32,000 bases of DNA from Propionibacteriaceae bacterium (GTDB lineage Bacteria; Actinomycetota; Actinomycetes; Propionibacteriales; Propionibacteriaceae), in contig JAIRQE010000006.1 in the NCBI GenBank assembly GCA_031256725.1, positions 150,001 to 182,000 of the forward strand, in the 5' to 3' direction. A program made the position numbers and the translations under genes. The notes beneath the pieces were generated by a model, which was not told where the DNA came from, did no database searches, and saw only the letters and a program-made list of their open reading frames with translations. Below, piece after piece: positions 26,517 to 32,000 of this stretch (its first letter is position 1; each line of letters starts with the position of its first letter).

Positions 26517-26621
26517 TTTGACGTATTTGGGAGGGAATTTCATGGGGATTTGAACTCTAGAGGATCGGTAAATCTTCGGGTTTCAAGTGAAAATGTCAAA
26601 TTACACGTCCCTATGACACAC
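26496..26621. repeat. 27-bp inverted repeat (25/27 match) with a 72-nt spacer
   Basis: The left arm GTGTGTCACGGGGACGTGTAATTTGAC (26496-26522) is matched by the right arm GTCAAATTACACGTCCCTATGACACAC (26595-26621), which is its reverse complement apart from 2 adjacent mismatches. Confidence 0.9.
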
Positions 26622-26751
26622 CACACCCCGAACGAAACGAACCAGTATTTAGGGGTATCTTTTTCGTTTGGTGGAGTTCCACCGTGTTTGCTGCTGGTTT
26701 TGATGTCGATATTCCACCAATCGCTTCAAGAGAGCCACGATTAGTGGTTAT

Positions 26752-26833
26752 GTGTCAGGACATAGGTGACAGCGGGGTGTCAGGACATCGGTGACACTTT
26801 GGTTGGGTTTGGTGGTGACACTTTGGGGGGGGG
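26752..26833. repeat. Short direct-repeat array plus a G9 homopolymer
   Basis: GTGTCAGGACAT(A/C)GGTGACA occurs twice (26752-26771, 26777-26796; 19/20 identical). GGTGACACTTTGG occurs twice (26790-26802, 26814-26826). G9 lies at 26825-26833. Confidence 0.85.
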
Positions 26834-26916
26834 TATTGATGATGGGTGAAAGAGAAAAGATTTCTGGTTGATCCTCGTGTCCGTTTGGCTATCTTGAATC
26901 CCCCTCCGGAGAGTGT

Positions 26917-27898
26917 TTAGTGTTGCATTCCAGCTTCTGCTAGAACGCTGTCATGGATAGCATGGTAGATGGTTTCTGCTTGGGTTGGTGGGATGTCTCC
27001 GCAGTATTGGTAGAGACGCTGATGGTTGAACCAGTTCACCCATTCAGCAGTAGCAAATTCGACCTCGTCCACGTTTTTCCAGGGCTTCCGGGGTTTAATG
27101 AGTTCAGTTTTATACAACCCATTCACAGTTTCGGCTAGCGCATTATCATAGGAGTCACCGACCGAGCCCACTGACGGAGTAATACCCGCCTCGGTCAACC
27201 GTTGCCCATACATTAACGACGTATATTGACGACCACGATCCGAGTGGGCCACGAGGGCTGTCAGGTCACCGTGGCCTTCATGGTCTCGAACCCAGATCGC
27301 ATGCTCACAAGCATCCAGAACCAGGTCAGTAGTCATTGTTGTACTTACCCGCCATCCCAAGATTCTCCGGGCAAACCCGTCAATCACGAATGCAACATAC
27401 ACCCATCCAGCCCACGTGGACACATACGTAATATCGGCAACCCAGAGTTGGTTCGGAGCAGTCGGGGTCAACATTCTCTCCACATGATCAACAGCGACCT
27501 CATGGGAATCATCTGGGATTGTTGTGCGATGCGGACTGCCTCGATGAATCCCGTGAATACCCATGTCAGCCATGAGTCGTTCCACAGTGCACCTCGCCAC
27601 AGGGATGCCTTCCTTATTCAGGGTTAACCAGATCTTCCTGGCTCCATACACCCGATAATTCGCATCATAAACACGACGAATATGCTCACGCAGAACCATG
27701 TCTCGCTGCTCACGAGGGGTGGGAAGCTTGTCCCGCCATTCATAATACGTGGACGGGGCAATCCGCTATCCCATGCTCACTGAGCACTCGACAGATCGGT
27801 TCGACCCCCCACCGTAAACCATCTGAATCATGGTCACGATATTCACCAATGAAATCCACGATCACAGTCCTGGCCGGTCTAACTCGGCCGCAAAAAAA
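26917..27898 (-). pseudogene. IS3-family transposase OrfB (DDE/rve integrase domain), interrupted by an extra frameshift
   Basis: The C-terminal 260 aa (26917-27699) carry the rve-type domain (...LWVADITYV...HSDRGRQYTS...DNALAE...). The expected -1 frame entered at the T7 site reads CGRVRPARTVIVDFIGEYRDHDSDGLRWGVEPICRVLSEHGIA and then hits a stop at 27740-27742. The homologous continuation IAPSTYYEWRDKLPTPREQRDMVLREH lies in the orfA frame. This implies a 1-nt insertion or 2-nt deletion within 27763-27766. Confidence 0.7.
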
Positions 27899-28185
27899 GC
27901 TGATGCCGCTTTCAGGATTGCGTTCGCTCGACGCAGTTCAGCATTCTCTCTTTTCAACCGTTTCAGCTCAACTGATTCCTCACTGGTCACCCCAGGGCGT
28001 TGACCAGCATCAACCTGGGTTTGACGCACCCAACGAAGCACTGCCGCCCCAGAACCCACACCCAGCAATTCAGCAACCCTGTTCACGGTAGCGGTATCCG
28101 AAGAGTAATTATCCCTCGACTCCTGAAACATCCTCACAGCACGGGCCCTCAACTCAGGAGAATACCTATTATTCGCACTCGACAT
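27862..28185 (-). CDS. IS3-family transposase OrfA (HTH domain + leucine-zipper region)
   Basis: 107 aa: MSSANNRYSPELRARAVRMF... (HTH_Tnp_1-like) followed by ...ELKRLKRENAELRRANAILKAASAFFAAELD. The coding strand carries the slippery run GCT TTT TTT G (T7 = + strand 27892-27898) just before the orfA stop. Confidence 0.85.
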   Translation of the reverse strand: MSSANNRYSPELRARAVRMFQESRDNYSSDTATVNRVAELLGVGSGAAVLRWVRQTQVDAGQRPGVTSEESVELKRLKRENAELRRANAILKAASAFFAAELDRPGL

Positions 28186-28260
28186 GACTCAAACCTTCCT
28201 TCCAAATCAAACAGAGTCAAGTCTCCGGACTCGCCGGGGGGATTCATTCCGGGGGATTCA

Positions 28261-28516
28261 GCGCGCTGGGTCGTCCGTCGCGTTGACTGTAGAACAGTGG
28301 CGTGGAGTGGTTGTTGCGCTGGTCAGAGTGGAACTCGTTGAGGTAGCCACGCAGGTGGTCAACGGTTTTCCTCATGAGTGGCATGTTCCTGGTTTTCCCG
28401 CCTTTACCAGACGAGTCAAAAATGTTGCAGCAGCCATCCCAGAACATACATGCTCCGATAAGTAGTCCAGGATTTTGTCCGCACCCCCACAGGGCAACTT
28501 CAACTTGACAAAACAT
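28261..28516 (-). pseudogene. Tyrosine recombinase (phage-integrase family) remnant, truncated at both ends; the 3' part is cut by the IS3 element
   Basis: ...NPGLLIGACMFWDGCCNIFDSSGKGGKTRNMPLMRKTVDHLRGYLNEFHSDQRNNHSTPLFYSQRDGRPSAL resembles the central catalytic-domain segment (TGLRxxEL...GKGxKxRxVPL...YL...PLF). The reading frame runs directly into the IS terminal repeat at 28260. No N-terminal domain and no HxxR/Tyr region is found. Confidence 0.6.
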
Positions 28517-28612
28517 AGATTGATACTAGAGTGTTAATAGTTTTAGAATTTTCGTTCAAAGGTTGAACGTATTCTGGAGACTGTATTGAAAACCCATCCG
28601 AATGGAGGAAAA

Positions 28613-28909
28613 ATGAAAAACCGTATTGTCCCCGCCATGGCTGCTGCTTTACTTGCCTTTGGTGGAATAGGGCTCGTAGCAGCTTCTGAGGCCACTGCGC
28701 CTGAGGCACAGGCGGCAACCTGTTATTACAGCAATCTCTCTACATCTAGAGTCTTAAATGTAAATTGCACAGCAGGTGGTGCCTATGGATACAAGAATTC
28801 AGCTAATGCATCCACGGGTTACCGAGTAGGAGCTTGGGTGTCACCGGGATACTATTCCTATAACCCCAACCCAGTTTGCTATGCCTACCCTACTATGGTT
28901 AAGAGATGA
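28613..28909 (+). CDS. Small secreted Tyr/Gly/Asn-rich peptide with 3 Cys (bacteriocin-like candidate)
   Basis: 98 aa from the ATG at 28613 (GGAGGA at 28604-28609; the track's TTG at 28586 is less likely). Sec signal MKNRIVPAMAAALLAFGGIGLVAASEATAPEAQA|A. The mature ~63 aa are ATCYYSNLSTSRVLNVNCTAGGAYGYKNSANASTGYRVGAWVSPGYYSYNPNPVCYAYPTMVKR. Confidence 0.6.
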   Translation: MKNRIVPAMAAALLAFGGIGLVAASEATAPEAQAATCYYSNLSTSRVLNVNCTAGGAYGYKNSANASTGYRVGAWVSPGYYSYNPNPVCYAYPTMVKR

Positions 28910-28930
28910 TAGTGAGTTTATCAACCATTA

Positions 28931-29629
28931 TTGGATAATTCAGCCCAGTGTACTATGTCTAAAATTAAGAAATCTATAAATGTAGTTGGCGGGGATCCTA
29001 TCGACCTCGCTGTTAAGACTAGCTGGATTAGTGACTCTGTGGTCCACCACTTCGTTAAAAAATCCACGAGGAGAAGTTCTCGCCTGGGTCTTGTGCTGGT
29101 GGTGGGCCTCAGTGTCATGGTATTGGCAGCTTGTTCAACCATTGACAAAACTGCTACTCCACAGTTTACTGGCCCGTGGGGCGATATCTATGCTTACTAT
29201 TATGAGACATCAGAAAGTGAGTTAGGTCGAGAAATTTTGAGTGATGGAGTTATCACTGATATGGAATTTCAGGAGGCAATGCTGGAAATCGAGCAGTGCT
29301 ATCTGAATGATGGATTTAGGGTTACATATGATCCGTATGGATTCGAAACTGTTGAGAGTATTGGTGGAACGCAGGATCCACTTGAAGAGATGGGGAAATG
29401 TGCTTTTGCCGATGGTGGAGTCGTTGTTTTATACTACCAGATAGCTCGAAATCCTAACCATATGAGTGAGGAGGAACTGTTGGCTGAATGTCTCGTTCGA
29501 ATAGAAGTTGTCGAGCCAGGGTTTACCGCACAGGACTTTGAACGTGCTATGCAATCGGGAGTGATACCTTGGGATTCAACTGATCCACGTGTGACGGAGT
29601 GCTATAAAAACCCTTTGGACCTATTTTGA
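28931..29629 (+). CDS. Putative lipoprotein, acidic, 4 Cys in the mature part (start uncertain)
   Basis: Lipobox ...KKSTRRSSRLGLVLVVGLSVMVLAAC|STIDK. The signal peptide begins ~36 codons into the tracked ORF, so the in-frame GTG at 29039 is a plausible real start. I recognise no catalytic motif. Confidence 0.55.
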   Translation: MDNSAQCTMSKIKKSINVVGGDPIDLAVKTSWISDSVVHHFVKKSTRRSSRLGLVLVVGLSVMVLAACSTIDKTATPQFTGPWGDIYAYYYETSESELGREILSDGVITDMEFQEAMLEIEQCYLNDGFRVTYDPYGFETVESIGGTQDPLEEMGKCAFADGGVVVLYYQIARNPNHMSEEELLAECLVRIEVVEPGFTAQDFERAMQSGVIPWDSTDPRVTECYKNPLDLF

Positions 29630-29644
29630 TGAGAAGATCTAGTT

Positions 29645-30706
29645 GTGAATACTGCAAAGCAGACTGATAACAGTACGCACACTAAGCGTCGATGGGTGCC
29701 ATTGTTCATAGTGGTGCTTACTGGTGTCATGGGGATGGGAGTCGCTGCTGGGTCATTGTTCTTTCCGATTTCCACGCCTGCTCCATTGGAATCCTCGGGA
29801 ATTATCGCAGAGGCCCCCGTTGACATCGGTGGGTTCTCGGATTCACGCACTATTTCGCTGCTGGTGTCTACTGTCGAAGGTGCTCACCTTAAGGTAGCAA
29901 GATCTGGATTGGTTACTGCATCTTCATGTTCTCCCGGTGTAACCATAAAATCAGGTTCTACGATGGTCAGTATAGATGGGCAACCAATTTTAGCTCTTGC
30001 CACCAGTCAGCCACTATGGAGAGAATTTCCAGTCGGTTCAACTGGCCGTGATGTGGATGTCTTGTTTTCTGCCTTGCGGGAGTTGGGTATTGAGATTAAA
30101 GGGCAGACTGTTACTAGGTCTGTGCTGCGATCATATGAAGGCCTACTGAAATCGATTGGTGTGTCAACAGCCATTACCAGTATCGAACCATCGGACTTAA
30201 TGTGGCTTCCAGCAAGTGAGGTTACTGTCTCTTCATGTGATCTCCATATTGGTGGTGAGATATCTGGACGTACCACCGTTGCCACCTTACCTCCCACAGT
30301 TTCATCGATTACACTCAAAGAAGTTCCTGGGGATCTAACTCCTGGGGACCGAATGCTCATTATTGATGGGATAGAAATTCCAACAGATGATCAAGGTAAC
30401 GTTATTGCGCCTGAGGCGCTCAATCTCATCTCCCAAACCCAATCATTCGTACGCGCAACTACTACCGAGTCAGAAGTCATCATTACTGCTTCATGGTCTC
30501 TAGTAGAACCTGTTGAGTCCTGGACGATTCCCCCAAGTGCAATTGTTGTAGGAAAAACAGGGACATGCATCGTTGTGGATGGAAAACCCACTGCTATTAC
30601 GATTGTTGGATCTCAGTTAGGACAAACATTCGTGGTGCCGCAAGACTCATCTTTGCGCCCAAACATGGTGTCCCTGTCTCCTTCTGATCTGTCTCAATGT
30701 GAGTGA
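29645..30706 (+). CDS. Membrane-anchored periplasmic-adaptor (HlyD/MacA-like membrane fusion) protein with an embedded peptidoglycan-binding-like segment
   Basis: 353 aa. N-terminal TM helix WVPLFIVVLTGVMGMGVAAGSLFF. ...GQPILALATSQPLWREFPVGSTGRDVDVLFSALRELGI... resembles the PG_binding_1-like insert seen in actinobacterial adaptor proteins. It lies immediately upstream of the ABC ATPase, with a 3-nt gap. Confidence 0.55.
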   Translation: MNTAKQTDNSTHTKRRWVPLFIVVLTGVMGMGVAAGSLFFPISTPAPLESSGIIAEAPVDIGGFSDSRTISLLVSTVEGAHLKVARSGLVTASSCSPGVTIKSGSTMVSIDGQPILALATSQPLWREFPVGSTGRDVDVLFSALRELGIEIKGQTVTRSVLRSYEGLLKSIGVSTAITSIEPSDLMWLPASEVTVSSCDLHIGGEISGRTTVATLPPTVSSITLKEVPGDLTPGDRMLIIDGIEIPTDDQGNVIAPEALNLISQTQSFVRATTTESEVIITASWSLVEPVESWTIPPSAIVVGKTGTCIVVDGKPTAITIVGSQLGQTFVVPQDSSLRPNMVSLSPSDLSQCE

Positions 30707-30709
30707 ATC

Positions 30710-31312
30710 ATGCATGTAAAACTGCACGGTATTGCTCACCAGTTTCCTGGCCAACACTTCCTTTTTCGTGAACTCAACACCACTTTACTCACTAATCGTG
30801 TATACGCATTAGTGGGTTCCTCAGGTTCCGGCAAGAGTACTCTATTATCGATCCTAACTGGGTGGCTTAGACCCACAGAAGGCAGTATTTCCTATGAGGG
30901 TATCGTTCGTATTGGGTGGGTATTTCAAAATCCTCATGGGGTTCCGCATCGAAGTGCGATTGATCATGTGATTGTGCCGCTGCTTGCTCGAGGGTTATAT
31001 CGTAATGATGCGAAAAAGCGAGCCGGTGAACTCCTTTCTGACTTTGATTTGGCACATATTGCAGATCGTCCATTCTGCGCCTTGTCTGGAGGGGAAGCGC
31101 AACGGCTGATGCTAGCTCGGGGTATTGCTGCTAAACCTCATTTGTTTCTTGTAGATGAACCGACGGCACAATTGGATACTCATACTGCACAAACAGTGAA
31201 CAAGACTCTGCAGTCACTTGCTCGAATGGAAACCATTGTCGTGGTTGCAACCCATGATCCTTGCACCCGAGACTCCTGTACGGACATCATTGATCTTAGT
31301 AGGTTCTCATGA
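30710..31312 (+). CDS. ABC transporter ATP-binding protein (MacB/LolD-type)
   Basis: 200 aa. Walker A GSSGSGKST, signature LSGGEAQR, Walker B LFLVDEPTAQLD, H-loop ATHD. Confidence 0.9.
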   Translation: MHVKLHGIAHQFPGQHFLFRELNTTLLTNRVYALVGSSGSGKSTLLSILTGWLRPTEGSISYEGIVRIGWVFQNPHGVPHRSAIDHVIVPLLARGLYRNDAKKRAGELLSDFDLAHIADRPFCALSGGEAQRLMLARGIAAKPHLFLVDEPTAQLDTHTAQTVNKTLQSLARMETIVVVATHDPCTRDSCTDIIDLSRFS

Positions 31313-32000
31313 GTTGGGTTTTTGGAGAAGCCATTCGGAATCTGGTTACGGGTACAACTAAGCCCATTCGGCTGGTCTTTCTTTTTGTGCTTGCCTGCAT
31401 TATTCCCACTATGGCTGATCTTCTCACTGTACAAAGCCTCATGCAGGAAGCCCTTCGCTATCGTGACTCAGGAGCAGCCACGATTACTGTTCTAAGTCCT
31501 GGTCGAATAAAGGGAGATGTTTGTGACGATCTCTCGCAGGTTCCCTCTGTGATAGCATCTGGAGCCATACGACATGATGATAACTCCTATTCCAGTGTTG
31601 CAATGCCGAATGGGGTTATTGCATCCTATTCCATCACTGAAGGTGCCTTGTCCGTGTTCCGTGTTGACAATATGAATGAAGGTGGTGTCGCTATATCCTC
31701 GACGGTTGCCTTTACTCTTGGCATTGCACCTGGTGATTCTCTAGTTTTGACCACTGGAAGAACCACAGTTCGAGGTGTATATGACTGGCCCAATGATGGG
31801 AGAAGACCCGGATTCGATTTTGCTATGCTCATACCTGTGCCCACAAGTGAACTCTTTGATGAGTGTTGGGTCACTACCTGGCCAATGACTGAGAGTGTTC
31901 AAACACTACTGAATTTGTCTATAGATAACTCTGCCGGTGACACGAACGCGAGAACAGAATACTCGCAAGTAAATTCGGCTTTGGGCAAGGAATTCACTGG
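31309..32000 (+). CDS. FtsX/MacB-type ABC transporter permease, 3'-truncated by the window edge (absent from the supplied ORF track because it is open-ended)
   Basis: ATGA overlap with the ATPase stop (ATG 31309-31311). Frame 1 is open to nt 32000 (230 codons, hand-translated). MSWVFGEAIRNLVTGTTKPIRLVFLFVLACIIPTMADLL... gives the N-terminal TM helix, followed by an extracytoplasmic domain as in MacB-type permeases. Confidence 0.7.
   Translation, partial: MSWVFGEAIRNLVTGTTKPIRLVFLFVLACIIPTMADLLTVQSLMQEALRYRDSGAATITVLSPGRIKGDVCDDLSQVPSVIASGAIRHDDNSYSSVAMPNGVIASYSITEGALSVFRVDNMNEGGVAISSTVAFTLGIAPGDSLVLTTGRTTVRGVYDWPNDGRRPGFDFAMLIPVPTSELFDECWVTTWPMTESVQTLLNLSIDNSAGDTNARTEYSQVNSALGKEFT

Larger units (their letters stand above)
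26895..28260 (-). mobile_element. IS3-family insertion sequence (orfA + orfB), probably a defective copy
   Basis: The left end TGAATCCCCC (26895-26904) matches the reverse complement of GGGGGATTCA at 28251-28260. A second copy of that end motif at 28237-28246 gives an alternative terminus. Beyond 10 bp the IRs align only with gaps. I see no target-site duplication. Length ~1.35 kb, with the orfA/orfB organisation typical of IS3. Confidence 0.8.

Noticed and set aside
26541-26560. GGGGATTTGAAC motif resembling the reverse complement of a tRNA T-arm, which could be a tRNA gene or an att remnant
   Set aside because: The flanking bases do not form a T-stem, an acceptor stem or any cloverleaf in either orientation. 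At most it is a very short tRNA-derived scar, which cannot be supported.
26082-26744. ORFs 26082-26543 (minus, 153 aa) and 26550-26744 (plus, 64 aa)
   Set aside because: The first is antisense to the 212-aa hypothetical gene. Both share a VKLHVP(V/M)TH peptide only because they read through the two arms of the 27-bp inverted repeat, so they are artefacts of the repeat.
27226-28341. Plus-strand ORFs 27226-27627, 27849-28091, 28000-28341 and 28184-28465
   Set aside because: They are antisense to the IS3 transposase genes and the integrase remnant, and I recognise no motifs in them.
28613-28909. Assignment of the small secreted peptide to the lactococcin 972 bacteriocin family, prompted by the Sec signal and the ABC genes downstream
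   Set aside because: From memory, the mature sequence lacks the family's characteristic Trp/His-containing blocks, and it contains Cys residues that the family lacks. It is kept only as a generic bacteriocin-like candidate.

Overview
The window looks like actinobacterial-type chromosome, judged from leaderless-style gene starts, Tat and lipobox signals, and GTG/TTG starts. Conserved blocks alternate with AT-richer accessory DNA. Left to right:

- **1-4161:** the 3' 4.1 kb of a giant Ig-repeat surface adhesin, open to the window edge.
- **4281-5209:** a ParD-like antitoxin and zeta-toxin-family kinase pair.
- **5954-10673:** a sugar ABC importer (lipoprotein binding protein plus two permeases), convergent with an AGE-family epimerase.
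- **10974-17532:** an AT-richer two-gene module, and the most interesting candidate here. Gene 1 fuses a PLD (HKD) nuclease domain to an SNF2-type ATPase. Gene 2 is a 1,077-1,109 aa gamma-class N6-adenine methyltransferase with a long C-terminal region. A perfect (CT)22 microsatellite and a perfect 25-bp tandem duplication lie upstream. I read it as an uncharacterised ATP-dependent restriction-modification-like or DISARM-like defence module whose expression may vary by repeat-length change.
- **17868-18854:** a CDF cation transporter.
- **19086-25848:** a group-1-type membrane-bound [NiFe]-hydrogenase cluster (small subunit, large subunit, cytochrome b, endopeptidase, hypA, hypC). Two features are unusual. 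The cytochrome b carries a ~178 aa N-terminal extension that resembles a P-type ATPase nucleotide-binding domain. There is also a short large-subunit paralogue that keeps all four metal-ligand cysteines.
- **25860-32000:** an AT-rich accessory region. It holds a hypothetical gene, a 27-bp inverted repeat, GTGTCA/GTGACA motif arrays, an IS3-family element with an extra frameshift inserted into a tyrosine-recombinase remnant, and an operon. The operon encodes a small secreted Tyr-rich peptide, a lipoprotein, a membrane-fusion-like protein and a MacB/FtsX-type ABC transporter that is open at the 3' edge.

I found no rRNA, tRNA or CRISPR array. All calls rest on reading the translations and DNA by eye; no database search was run.
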